Origin: Patescibacteria group bacterium
Lineage (GTDB): Bacteria; Patescibacteriota; Patescibacteriia; Patescibacteriales; UBA12465
Direction: 5' to 3'
Length of the DNA stretch: 64,000 nucleotides
Assembly: GCA_050949525.1 (NCBI GenBank)
Contig: JBMNFW010000001.1
Coordinates: forward strand, 591,890-655,889
In this document: piece after piece, positions 18,439-26,815 of the stretch
How positions within the stretch are numbered: position 1 is the stretch's first letter
How the letters are laid out: every line of letters begins with the position of its first letter
Position numbers and translations under genes: made by a program
Notes under the pieces: model-generated
What the model saw: the letters and a program-made list of their open reading frames with translations, nothing else
Database searches by the model: none
Told to the model about the DNA's origin: nothing

Positions 18439-19760
18439 TGTTAACTGAACTAAAAAACAAAAAAATAGCCTTATTAGGTCTAGGTTTAGAAAACCAAGCT
18501 CTCTTAGTTTGGCTAAAAAAGAAGTTCAAAAATATTGATATTAGTATTTGCGATTTTCGCCCCAAAAAAGAATTGAAAAAAAAACTAAGCTCCATAAAAG
18601 ATTGGACTAAAATAAAATGGCAGAATGGTGAAAGTTTTAATATTAATTTAGATCAATATGATATCTTGTTTCGCTCTCCGGGATGGCCTCGAGCTTGTCC
18701 AGGAATTCAAGCTGCTTTAAAAACCGGCACTAAGGTTTCTAGTCCCATGAATATATTTTTTGAATTCTGCCCTAGTCCTAATATTATTGGTGTTAGTGGC
18801 AGTAAAGGCAAAGGTACTACTGCTTCCCTAATTACTAAAATTATACAAGATTCGGGAAAAAAAGTTTTTCTAGGAGGAAATATTGGATTAGCTCCTCTAA
18901 GTTTTATTAATAAAATAAAAAAGGATGATTGGGTAGTTTTGGAACTCTCCAGTTTTCAATTAGAAGACTTAAATTATAGTCCTAAAATAGCGGTTTTAAC
19001 TAATCTTTTTAAAGAACACCTATCCCCAGCTGATCCTCATAACCCCAATTTTCACACCTCGATGTCTAATTATAAAAAAGCTAAGATTAGAATCGCCCAA
19101 TTTCAAAAAAAATCTGACTATCTCTTACTCAATCAAAACCTGAAAAAATCTTTTAATCTAAAAAATATTAAAAGTCAAATAATATTTTTTTCACCCTCAA
19201 AAACTCCTAGCTCTTTAGTAGGTAAATTTAATCAAGAAAATATTGGTGCGGCTGAAACCGTAGCTAAAATCTTAAAAATTAAAAAAACTACTAGTAAAAA
19301 AACAATTGCCAATTTTTCTAATTTAGAACATCGACTAGAACTAGTTCGAGAACTACCGGGACTCCAATTCTATAACAATAGTTTTTCCACTACCCCCGAA
19401 AGTACTCAAGCTGATTTAGAATCTTTCTCCAACAATATCATTCTTCTTGCAGGTGGAGCTGATAAAGGAGCTAACTTTAATAACTTAGCAAAAAGCATAA
19501 AAAAACGAGTTAAATTCTTAATTCTTTTTCCGGGCTTAGGAAGTCAAAGAATAAAAGAAGCTTTAATAAAAATACATTATCCTTTAAATAAAATGATAGA
19601 AGTAAAAAATATGTCAGAAGCGGTATCAATTGCCTTTAAAAAAAGTCAAACTGGAGATATTATCCTCCTGTCAACCGCTTGTGCAAGTTTTGGCCTTTTT
19701 AAAAACTATCACGAACGAGGCAATTTATTTCAAACTGAAGTTAAGAAAATAAAGCTATGA
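18438..19760 (+). CDS. murD: UDP-N-acetylmuramoylalanine--D-glutamate ligase
   Basis: KKIALLGLGLENQAL N-terminal Rossmann region and the Mur ligase P-loop IGVSGSKGKGTTASLI. The start overlaps the polA stop. Confidence 0.8.
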   Translation: MLTELKNKKIALLGLGLENQALLVWLKKKFKNIDISICDFRPKKELKKKLSSIKDWTKIKWQNGESFNINLDQYDILFRSPGWPRACPGIQAALKTGTKVSSPMNIFFEFCPSPNIIGVSGSKGKGTTASLITKIIQDSGKKVFLGGNIGLAPLSFINKIKKDDWVVLELSSFQLEDLNYSPKIAVLTNLFKEHLSPADPHNPNFHTSMSNYKKAKIRIAQFQKKSDYLLLNQNLKKSFNLKNIKSQIIFFSPSKTPSSLVGKFNQENIGAAETVAKILKIKKTTSKKTIANFSNLEHRLELVRELPGLQFYNNSFSTTPESTQADLESFSNNIILLAGGADKGANFNNLAKSIKKRVKFLILFPGLGSQRIKEALIKIHYPLNKMIEVKNMSEAVSIAFKKSQTGDIILLSTACASFGLFKNYHERGNLFQTEVKKIKL

Positions 19761-20773
19761 TTATATTCTTTTACGGGGAAAATGATTTTAAATTAAATAA
19801 GAAAGCTATTAAACTTCAAGATAGATTTATCAAAGAAGTTGATTCCCAGTCTAATAATATTTTTAAATTTTCTGGAGATGACATTAATTTAAATGATCTT
19901 TTAGCTCAAATTAAAACTACCTCCCTTTTTTCTGATCGTAAAATGATGGTAATTTCTAATCTTCTAGAATTAAAGAATAAAAAAATATTAACTGAACTTC
20001 AAAAAAAACTAGATGATGGATATTTAGAAAAATCTAATGATATTTTTCTTTTTATTGAAAAAAATTTAAAAAAGAAACCTAAACAAGGTTTCACTAAAAT
20101 CATATCTGGAAAAGAAATGATCCTAAATTCAGAAGAAAAAAAATTCTTTCAAACTCTGGACCAGCAAAAATTTTCTCAAGAATTCAAAAACTTCTCTCCT
20201 ACTGAATTAAATGAATTTATTCGCTCTGAATTTCAAAAAGTGGGACTTCAAATTACTTCTCGAGCTCAACGACTCCTACTAGAAGCGAACGCTAATAATA
20301 TCTGGCAATTATATAATGAAATTAAAAAATTAATTTATTTTAAAATTAAGGATCAAGATAAGACTGTTCAAGAAAAAGATCTTAAAAAATTAAGCTCCGA
20401 ACCCTTCAATGAAGATATTTTTGATTTAAGTGATGCCATTTCTCAAAAAAATATTAAGCAATCTATAAAAATCTTGGAAAAATTACGTCTCTCGGGTTTA
20501 GAATTGTCATTTATCTTAAGAATGTTAATTAGACATTTTAAAATTCTATGGCAAATTAGACAATTATTAGATCAAAACTATAACTCCCAAAGGATTATAG
20601 CTAATCTAAAGCTTCATCCTTTTGTGATTAATAAAGGAATTAATCAAGCTAAGCATTTTGAAGCCCAAAAAATAAAAGAAATTTTTAATAATTTAAGTGA
20701 AATTGATAAAAGCACCAGACAAAGTGATACTAATCCCTGGCTCAGTCTTAATACTTTATTACTTCAACTTTAA
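19757..20773 (+). CDS. holA: DNA polymerase III delta subunit
   Basis: MIIFFYGENDFKLNKKAIKL N-terminus, 338 aa, and a C-terminal helical region with NIWQLYNEIKKL. Overlaps the murD stop by 4 nt. Confidence 0.65.
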   Translation: MIIFFYGENDFKLNKKAIKLQDRFIKEVDSQSNNIFKFSGDDINLNDLLAQIKTTSLFSDRKMMVISNLLELKNKKILTELQKKLDDGYLEKSNDIFLFIEKNLKKKPKQGFTKIISGKEMILNSEEKKFFQTLDQQKFSQEFKNFSPTELNEFIRSEFQKVGLQITSRAQRLLLEANANNIWQLYNEIKKLIYFKIKDQDKTVQEKDLKKLSSEPFNEDIFDLSDAISQKNIKQSIKILEKLRLSGLELSFILRMLIRHFKILWQIRQLLDQNYNSQRIIANLKLHPFVINKGINQAKHFEAQKIKEIFNNLSEIDKSTRQSDTNPWLSLNTLLLQL

Positions 20774-20780
20774 AAAATAA

Positions 20781-21866
20781 TGAATAAGTTCAGATACATT
20801 TTGGAAAATAAAAAGCCCAAAATGTATGCAGATAAAGTTTAAGTACTATAATTGTCCCGGATTTGGTACATTATATAATGATGCAATTAAGCAAAAATAT
20901 ATGATTACCAAAGAAGCTAGACAAAGACTCAAAATATTAGAATTTTGGAAGCAATATGGCCTTCAAGCCACTACTGATGCCTTTGGGGTTAAAAAATCTA
21001 CCCTATACAATTGGCAAAAAATATTTAGAGAAGGGGGTGGCAAGATAGAAGCTCTCAATCCTAAATCCCAAGCTAGGATTAACAAGAATAAAAGAGAAAT
21101 ACATCCTCTGATATTAAAAGAGATTAGACGTTTAAGACTAGAGATTTGTCCTAATATGGGTAAAACTAAAGTTAAAAAATTTTTAGATAAATTTTGTGAA
21201 ATTAATAATTTACCAATATACTCAGAATCAAAGATAGGTAGAATTATTAAAGATAAAGATATATATCATCATAGACAGAAAATATCTCATTTTGGTAAGA
21301 TTAAAAAAATTAAAAAAACTAAAAAGAAAAGAAAACCTAAGGAATTACAAGTAAATAATCCTGGGGATTTAATAGAGATAGATACTGTTGTTAGATTTCA
21401 CAATGGATTAAAGAGATATATTATTACCGCTGTTGATACTTTTAGCCGAACAGCTTTCGCTTATGCCTATAACAGAATTAGTAGCTCTAATGCTAAAGAT
21501 TTTTTTAAAAAATTAGAAGAAGTCATGCCCTTTAATATTAAGGCTGTTCAGACTGATAATGGTTTAGAATTCCATCTCTATTTTAAAAAATACTTAGAAG
21601 AGAGAAAAATTGAGCATTATTTCAATTATCCAGGTAGACCATACAAACAGGGTCATATTGAGAAGTTTAATAGGACTATTCAAGAAGAATTCATTGATTG
21701 GAGTGGTGAAAAATACTTTGATAATTTAGATGATTTTAATAATTTGTTAATTGATTGGCTTCTTTGGTATAATACCGATAGACCACATTGGAGCCTTGAA
21801 TTAGTATCTCCGATGAATTATTTGGTTAATAATAATTTTTTTTCCAAAATGACGTGGACTAATACA
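20781..21866 (+). mobile_element. IS481-family-like insertion sequence, copy 1 (1086 bp, TG...CA ends)
   Basis: Near-identical to 55291..56376; I see 2 substitutions, at 21008 and 21160. Imperfect terminal inverted repeats: left TGAATAAGTTCAGATACATTTTGGAAAA versus right (reverse complement) TGTATTAGTCCACGTCATTTTGGAAAA. A single transposase ORF. Confidence 0.85.
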
Positions 21867-21908
21867 AACTCTTGCTTTTTTAAAACTTATTTGATATATT
21901 TGTTTTAA
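20826..21908 (+). CDS. IS transposase (N-terminal HTH + DDE integrase-core/rve domain)
   Basis: HTH-like GLQATTDAFGVKKSTLYNWQKIF. DDE region LIEIDTV...ITAVDTFSR...VQTDNGLEF...HIEKFNRTIQEEF...YNTDRPHWSL. There is no stop codon inside the element, so the ORF ends in flanking DNA (tail NSCFFKTYLIYLF). The true start may be the internal MITKEARQ. Confidence 0.85.
   Translation: MQIKFKYYNCPGFGTLYNDAIKQKYMITKEARQRLKILEFWKQYGLQATTDAFGVKKSTLYNWQKIFREGGGKIEALNPKSQARINKNKREIHPLILKEIRRLRLEICPNMGKTKVKKFLDKFCEINNLPIYSESKIGRIIKDKDIYHHRQKISHFGKIKKIKKTKKKRKPKELQVNNPGDLIEIDTVVRFHNGLKRYIITAVDTFSRTAFAYAYNRISSSNAKDFFKKLEEVMPFNIKAVQTDNGLEFHLYFKKYLEERKIEHYFNYPGRPYKQGHIEKFNRTIQEEFIDWSGEKYFDNLDDFNNLLIDWLLWYNTDRPHWSLELVSPMNYLVNNNFFSKMTWTNTNSCFFKTYLIYLF
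21872..21900 (+). promoter_or_regulatory. Candidate promoter of the tRNA cluster
   Basis: TTGCTT (21872..21877), 17-nt spacer, TGa-TATATT (21895..21900), 48 nt upstream of tRNA-Ile and only 5 nt from the IS right end. Confidence 0.4.
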
Positions 21909-21947
21909 ATAGAATTTATTTCTGTTTTTTTGATTTTTGCTTGGAAA

Positions 21948-22024
21948 GGGCAATTAGCTCAGTTGGTTAGAGCGCAACACTGATAATGTTGAGGTCGGAG
22001 GTTCAAATCCTCCATTGCCCACCA
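21948..22024 (+). tRNA. tRNA-Ile (anticodon GAU), CCA encoded
   Basis: Hand-folded cloverleaf: acceptor GGGCAAT/ATTGCCC, D arm GCTC/GAGC, anticodon stem CAACA/TGTTG with loop CTGATAA, T arm GGAGG-TTCAAAT-CCTCC, discriminator A, then CCA. Confidence 0.9.
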
Positions 22025-22031
22025 GATATAT

Positions 22032-22104
22032 AGCGGGATAGAGCAGTTGGCAGCTCGCCAGGCCCATAACCTGGAGGTCGTAGGTTCGAGTCCTACTCCC
22101 GCAA
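22032..22104 (+). tRNA. tRNA-Met (anticodon CAU), initiator-like, CCA not encoded
   Basis: Acceptor AGCGGGA/TCCCGCA with an unpaired 1:72 position (A/A). D stem GAGC/GCTC gives A11:U24. Anticodon stem CCAGG/CCTGG with loop CCCATAA. T arm GTAGG-TTCGAGT-CCTAC. Followed by CTA, not CCA. Confidence 0.8.
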
Positions 22105-22110
22105 CTATTA

Positions 22111-22182
22111 GCCTCGGTAGCTCAGTGGTAGAGCAAAGGACTGAAAATCCTTGTGTCGTCAGTTCAATTCTGACCCGAGGCA
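22111..22182 (+). tRNA. tRNA-Phe (anticodon GAA), CCA not encoded
   Basis: Acceptor GCCTCGG/CCGAGGC, anticodon stem AAGGA/TCCTT with loop CTGAAAA, T arm GTCAG-TTCAATT-CTGAC. Followed by CCC. Confidence 0.9.
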
Positions 22183-22193
22183 CCCACTTGTGA

Positions 22194-22270
22194 CGGGGTG
22201 TGGCCTAGTTGGCTAGGGCGTCTGGTTTGGGACCAGAAGATCGTGGGTTCGAGTCCCACCACCCCGACCA
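22194..22270 (+). tRNA. tRNA-Pro (anticodon UGG), CCA encoded
   Basis: Acceptor CGGGGTG/CACCCCG, anticodon stem TCTGG/CCAGA with loop TTTGGGA, T arm GTGGG-TTCGAGT-CCCAC, discriminator A, then CCA. Confidence 0.9.
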
Positions 22271-22299
22271 AAAGTAATAAAAAATTAATTAATAAAAAT

Positions 22300-22557
22300 A
22301 TGCCTAATAAAAAATCGGCTCAAAAAGAATTAAGAAAAGCAAATAAAAGAAGAAAAGAGCATGCAGTAATTAAATCTAAAACTAAAGATTTAATTAAACA
22401 AACAAAAAAACAAATTGAAGCTAAAGATAAAAACGTAAAAGATAATTTTAAAAATGTAGCTAAAGCTATTGATAAAATGGCTAAAAAAGGAATTATTAAA
22501 AAGAATACTGCCGCTCGAAAAAAATCTAGATTACAAAAAAAGATAAATTCTATTTAA
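22300..22557 (+). CDS. rpsT: 30S ribosomal protein S20
   Basis: MPNKKSAQKELRKANKRRKEHAVIKSK is a typical S20 N-terminus. The track start at 22198 overlaps tRNA-Pro, so I use the ATG at 22300. Confidence 0.85.
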   Translation: MPNKKSAQKELRKANKRRKEHAVIKSKTKDLIKQTKKQIEAKDKNVKDNFKNVAKAIDKMAKKGIIKKNTAARKKSRLQKKINSI

Positions 22558-22620
22558 TTTATTAAATACCAGGTCTTGGATTTTAGTTTAAAAACTTTTT
22601 CTCAGATCTAGGCAAAACAA

Positions 22621-22986
22621 ATGTTAGAAAAAAAAATCAAGGAGAAAATTATTAAGAAATTTCAAACCCATGCTAATGATACTGGATCTCCTCAAGTTCA
22701 AATCGCTATTTTAAGTGCTGAGATTGAAGAATTAACTGAACACCTAAAAACTCATATTCATGATTTCTCATCTCGTCGAGGATTATTAAGAAAGGTATCA
22801 GAAAGACGACGTCTTTTAAAATATTTACAAAAAGAGGATGAACAAGCTTTCCTAGAATTAGCTAAAAAATTAAAGCTAAAAGTTGCCAATAAAATGATTA
22901 TTGACGAAGAAGAGGGAAAAGCTAAAGAAGCTGAACTGGAGAAAATAAACGAAGAAACTGAAGAAGACGAAGAAGACTTAGAGTAG
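22621..22986 (+). CDS. rpsO: 30S ribosomal protein S15 with an acidic C-terminal extension
   Basis: FQTHANDTGSPQVQIAILSAEIEELTEHLKTHIHDFSSRRGLLRKVSERRRLLKYL is canonical S15. About 30 extra residues end in EETEEDEEDLE. Confidence 0.9.
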   Translation: MLEKKIKEKIIKKFQTHANDTGSPQVQIAILSAEIEELTEHLKTHIHDFSSRRGLLRKVSERRRLLKYLQKEDEQAFLELAKKLKLKVANKMIIDEEEGKAKEAELEKINEETEEDEEDLE

Positions 22987-22990
22987 AATT

Positions 22991-23512
22991 ATGATTAAAC
23001 ATCCAGAACAACGCGTAGGAATATTGGTCGATATCTCTAATATGTATCATTCGGCCAAAAATTTATTTGGTAAAAAGGTAAACTTTCAAGAAATATTAAA
23101 ACAAGCAGTCGCAGGACGAAAACTTATTCGAGCGACTGCTTATGCTATAAAAACCGAAAGTGAAGAAGAGATGCCTTTCTTCGAAGCTCTAAGTCAACAA
23201 GGATTTGAAGTTAAAATGAAGGATCTTCAAGTTTTTATTGACGGCACTAAAAAAGCTGATTGGGATATTGGTCTAGCTATTGACGCTATTAAACTAGCTG
23301 ATAAACTAGATGTGATTATTATTGTTTCTGGTGATGGTGATTTTCTCCCCCTAGTTTCTTATTTGCAAAATAATAAAGGCTGTTTAGTAGAAATAATGTC
23401 TTTTTCTAAAACTACCTCAACTCGATTAATTGAAGAAGCCGATGATTTTATTGACCTGTCTAAAGATAAGAAATTCCTTATTAACGATTATAAAAACAAA
23501 AAAAGAAAATAA
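22991..23512 (+). CDS. NYN-domain (LabA/DUF88-like) putative RNase
   Basis: RVGILVDISNMYHSAK and DVIIIVSGDGDFLPLV are the conserved acidic motifs of the NYN/LabA family. Confidence 0.75.
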   Translation: MIKHPEQRVGILVDISNMYHSAKNLFGKKVNFQEILKQAVAGRKLIRATAYAIKTESEEEMPFFEALSQQGFEVKMKDLQVFIDGTKKADWDIGLAIDAIKLADKLDVIIIVSGDGDFLPLVSYLQNNKGCLVEIMSFSKTTSTRLIEEADDFIDLSKDKKFLINDYKNKKRK

Positions 23513-23533
23513 TAATTAATTAATTAATACTGA

Positions 23534-23581
23534 TCATCAAATACTGAGAACTGTATTTTATACAGGGCTTTAATTTGATGA
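23534..23581 (+). promoter_or_regulatory. Structured 5' leader of pnp (nested stem-loops)
   Basis: TCATCAAAT (23534..23542) pairs with ATTTGATGA (23573..23581). The pair encloses the inner hairpin CTGTAT-TTT-ATACAG (23551..23565). The structure ends 15 nt before the pnp ATG. Confidence 0.4.
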
Positions 23582-23596
23582 GCAGTAAAAAAATCT

Positions 23597-25816
23597 ATGA
23601 ATGAAGAAAAAATTGTTTCTGGATCATGGCTAGGTAAAACCCTAAGTCTAAAAACCGGAAAACTAGCTAAACAAGCTGATGCTTGTGTTTTAGCTCAATA
23701 TGGCGATACTGTCGCCATGGCTACTGTAGTTCAATCTAAACAAGAGAGAGAAGGAACTGATTTCTTTCCTTTAATGGTTGATTTTCAAGAAAAACTTTAT
23801 GCTGCTGGAATTATTAAAGGATCTCGCTGGGTTAAACGAGAAGGTCGCCCTAGTGATCAATCAGTTTTAACTGGTCGTATGATTGACCGAGCTATTAGAC
23901 CTCTTTTTAATGATCAAGAAAGAAAGGACACCCAAGTAATTATTACTGTTCTCTCAGTTGATGGAGAAAATGAATACGATATTGTATCTCTAATTGCAGC
24001 TTCAGCCGCTTTAAGTGTTTCCGGTATTGATTGGAAAGGCCCAATTGGAGGAATTAGAGTGGGTTTAATTAATAATGAATTCATTTTTAATCCAACTTAT
24101 GAACAACAAGAAAATAGTATTCTAGATCTCATTGTCGCTGGTACCGAAAAGAAAAGCATTATGTTAGAAGCTGGAGCTCAAGAAGTAAAAGAAGAAATTA
24201 TTCTAGAAGCTATTAGACAAGGACAAGAAAAAATGCAAGAAGCTATCAGTCTAATAAAAGAATTACAATCTAAAGTTGAAATAAGCGAAAGAGTTTTACG
24301 TAAACAATTAATTGATCCTGAAGAACAAAAAATAAAAGAAGAAAAAGCTAAATTATTAGAAATAGGTAAAGCTTGGTTAAATGATAATATTAAAGAACAT
24401 CTTTTTAACCAAATATATTACACTAAAAATGAAAGAAAATTAGCTGTTAATATTATTAAAGAGAAGTTAGATGACTACCTATTCTCACAAAATATTGATT
24501 CTAGTTCTCGTAATTATATTATAAAGTCACTAGTAGAAGAAATGGTCGAAGCAGAGGTTACTAGTGCTATTCTTAATGATAAAAAAAGAGTTGATGGTCG
24601 AGCTCTAGATGAAATCCGAGGCTTATCAGCTGATACCGGAATCTTACCACGAAATCATGGAGTTGGATTATTCTCTCGTGGTGAAACTCAAGTTTTATCC
24701 ATTGTCACTCTAGGAGCTCCTGGATTAGAACAATCATTAGAGGGTATGGAGGGACAAAGTAAAAAACGATATATGCACCACTACAACTTCCCTCCCTATA
24801 GTGTAGGAGAAGCTAGCCCCCTACGAGGAACTGGTCGTCGAGAAATAGGTCATGGAGCTTTAGCAGAAAAAGCCCTTTTACCAGTTTTACCAAAAAAAGA
24901 AGACTTCCCTTATACAATTAGAGTAGTTAGTGAAACTCTAGGATCAAATGGTTCATCTTCCATGGGATCTACCTGTGGCTCTTCTCTGGCTCTAATGGAT
25001 GCCGGAGTTCCAATTAAAAGTCATGTAGCTGGTATTGCTATGGGATTAGCTTCTAATGATGATATGAGTCGCTGGGAAGTTCTAACTGATATTCAAGATT
25101 TGGAAGATGGTAATGGAGGAATGGATTTTAAAATCACTGGAACTAAAGAAGGTTTAACCGCTATTCAGTTAGACACTAAAACCGATGGGTTAAAACCAGA
25201 AATAATTGAAAAGACTCTAAGCCAAGGTCGCCAAGCCTTAAACCAAATTTTAGAAGTTTTAAATAACGAAATCTCTACCCCTCGACCTGAATTATCACCT
25301 TATGCTCCTAGAATTATTAGTTTTCATGTTGATCCAGAAAAAATTGGTTCAATTATTGGTCCGGGCGGAAAAGTTATTAATAAAATCATTGATGAAACCG
25401 GAGTATCTATTGATATTGATGATGATGGATTAGTCATGATCTGCTCTACTGATAACGAGAAAGGAAAATTAGCTGAAAAAATGGTTAAAGATATAGTAAA
25501 AGATTTTGAAGTTGGAGAAATTTTTAGTGGTAAGGTGGTACGTTTAATGGATTTCGGAGCTTTTGTTCAGCTTAGTCCTAATCAAGATGGATTAGTTCAT
25601 GTTAGTGAATTAGCTCCTTACCGAGTTGATAAACCTAGTGATATTGTTAAAATCGGTGATCAAGTTCAAGTTCGAATCAAAGAAATTGACTCTCAGGGAA
25701 GAATAAACTTAAGTATGAAAAATCTAAAAGAAAACGAACCCTTCTGGGCTAATGAAGCTGGAAAAAGCCAAGGATCCCCAACTTTTAGAAAACCTCAATT
25801 TCCAAAAAAATTCTAA
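23597..25816 (+). CDS. pnp: Polyribonucleotide nucleotidyltransferase (PNPase)
   Basis: Two RNase PH-like halves (GRPSDQSVLTGRMIDRAIRPLF; RREIGHGALAEKAL), a KH region (IGPGGKVINKIIDETG) and an S1 domain (GKVVRLMDFGAFVQL). Confidence 0.95.
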   Translation: MNEEKIVSGSWLGKTLSLKTGKLAKQADACVLAQYGDTVAMATVVQSKQEREGTDFFPLMVDFQEKLYAAGIIKGSRWVKREGRPSDQSVLTGRMIDRAIRPLFNDQERKDTQVIITVLSVDGENEYDIVSLIAASAALSVSGIDWKGPIGGIRVGLINNEFIFNPTYEQQENSILDLIVAGTEKKSIMLEAGAQEVKEEIILEAIRQGQEKMQEAISLIKELQSKVEISERVLRKQLIDPEEQKIKEEKAKLLEIGKAWLNDNIKEHLFNQIYYTKNERKLAVNIIKEKLDDYLFSQNIDSSSRNYIIKSLVEEMVEAEVTSAILNDKKRVDGRALDEIRGLSADTGILPRNHGVGLFSRGETQVLSIVTLGAPGLEQSLEGMEGQSKKRYMHHYNFPPYSVGEASPLRGTGRREIGHGALAEKALLPVLPKKEDFPYTIRVVSETLGSNGSSSMGSTCGSSLALMDAGVPIKSHVAGIAMGLASNDDMSRWEVLTDIQDLEDGNGGMDFKITGTKEGLTAIQLDTKTDGLKPEIIEKTLSQGRQALNQILEVLNNEISTPRPELSPYAPRIISFHVDPEKIGSIIGPGGKVINKIIDETGVSIDIDDDGLVMICSTDNEKGKLAEKMVKDIVKDFEVGEIFSGKVVRLMDFGAFVQLSPNQDGLVHVSELAPYRVDKPSDIVKIGDQVQVRIKEIDSQGRINLSMKNLKENEPFWANEAGKSQGSPTFRKPQFPKKF

Positions 25817-25823
25817 AAAATCA

Positions 25824-25852
25824 TTGACTTTTAAGTAATATTAAGATAAGAT
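25824..25852 (+). promoter_or_regulatory. Candidate promoter of rpsP
   Basis: TTGACT (25824..25829), 17-nt spacer, TAAGAT (25847..25852). Confidence 0.35.
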
Positions 25853-25878
25853 TTAAAAAAATAATAATATTAAAACCT

Positions 25879-26292
25879 ATGCTTACAATTAAACTTGCCA
25901 AGGTTGGTAAAAAAAATAAAAAAGTATTCCGCATTGTTATATCAGAAAAAGCTCGCGATCCTTATGGAAAAGCTTTAGAAATTTTAGGATCATATAACCC
26001 TTATAATAAAGAATTAAAGGTAAAAACCGATCGAGTTAAGTATTGGTTAAGTAAGGGATCAACTATGACTCCTTCAGTTAATAATTTATTTATTGATCAA
26101 AAAATAATCACTGGAGAAAAAGTAGTTAATTCCAAACCGGGTACTCCTAATAAGAGAAAGGCTGAAAAAGCTGAAAAAGCCGCCGCACCAGTAGAGGAAA
26201 AGGTAGAAGAAAAGAAAGAAGAAGTAGAAAAAGTAACTGAACCTGAACAAAAACAAGAAGAAGCTAAAGAAGAGGAAAAAAGTCAAGAATAA
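25879..26292 (+). CDS. rpsP: 30S ribosomal protein S16 with a Lys/Glu-rich C-terminal extension
   Basis: MLTIKLAKVGKKNKKVFRIVISEKARDPYGKALEILGSYNPY is canonical S16. The tail AEKAEKAAAPVEEKVEEKKEEVEK... is additional. Confidence 0.9.
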   Translation: MLTIKLAKVGKKNKKVFRIVISEKARDPYGKALEILGSYNPYNKELKVKTDRVKYWLSKGSTMTPSVNNLFIDQKIITGEKVVNSKPGTPNKRKAEKAEKAAAPVEEKVEEKKEEVEKVTEPEQKQEEAKEEEKSQE

Positions 26293-26299
26293 GGTTTTC

Positions 26300-26328
26300 T
26301 TGACTTTTGACCTTAATTTAGATATAAT
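26300..26328 (+). promoter_or_regulatory. Consensus-like promoter of the KH-protein gene
   Basis: TTGACT (26300..26305), 17-nt spacer, TATAAT (26323..26328). A leader of about 90 nt follows. Confidence 0.5.
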
Positions 26329-26420
26329 AAAATCAGAGTTGATTAATCAACTTTAGTATTATTAACTAAAAGTTCTTACAAATTTGTCAAAAACAATTTG
26401 CAGGAATTCAGTGTGTGACT

Positions 26421-26753
26421 ATGTCAGAACATCTAGACAAGCAATTTTTAGAAACTGTTATTAAATCCATTGTTAACGTGCCTGAAGCCGTAACAGTAGA
26501 AAGAACAGTTGACGAACGTGGAGTTCTTTTGACTTTAAAAATCGACCCAAGTGATATGGGATTCGTAATTGGACGTCGTGGACAAACAGCTCAAGCTATT
26601 AGAACATTATTAAAAGTAGTTGGGGCTAGAAACAATTCTCGTGTCAACTTAAAAATCTACGATCCAAATAATGGAAATCGTCCCGCTAGAAAGAATGAAT
26701 CTTCTTTAGATGATCCATTAGATACTTCTGCGATTGATGATTTAAAAATTTAA
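26421..26753 (+). CDS. KH-domain RNA-binding protein (YlqC/UPF0109 family)
   Basis: VTVERTVDERGVLLTLKIDPSDMGFVIGRRGQTAQAIRTLLKVV matches the family, and its position between rpsP and trmD is the conserved one. The track start at 26415 is GTG; I use the ATG at 26421. Confidence 0.8.
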   Translation: MSEHLDKQFLETVIKSIVNVPEAVTVERTVDERGVLLTLKIDPSDMGFVIGRRGQTAQAIRTLLKVVGARNNSRVNLKIYDPNNGNRPARKNESSLDDPLDTSAIDDLKI

Positions 26754-26781
26754 TTTAATTTTTTAAAAATCAAAATATAAC

Positions 26782-26810
26782 AAAAGACCACAATGTGGTC
26801 TTTTGTTTTA
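26782..26810 (+). terminator. Rho-independent terminator after the KH gene
   Basis: 10-bp stem AAAAGACCAC / GTGGTCTTTT with a 3-nt loop, followed by GTTTT. Confidence 0.6.
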
Positions 26811-26815
26811 AACTT

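Noticed and set aside
21959-22183. 74-aa minus-strand ORF across the tRNA cluster
   Set aside because: It lies entirely antisense to three well-folding tRNA genes. It is G+C-rich only because of the tRNAs. Spurious.
22198-22299. N-terminal 34 codons of the track ORF for S20
   Set aside because: They overlap tRNA-Pro. The canonical S20 N-terminus begins at the ATG at 22300.
26086-26286. Phe-rich 66-aa antisense ORF in rpsP
   Set aside because: It is the shadow of the Lys/Glu-rich (AAR/GAR) tail of S16 read on the opposite strand.
26795-26815. Upstream start of trmD (MVFCFKL)
   Set aside because: These codons lie within the terminator hairpin of the preceding gene. The conserved TrmD N-terminus starts at MKFNIITIFP (26816).
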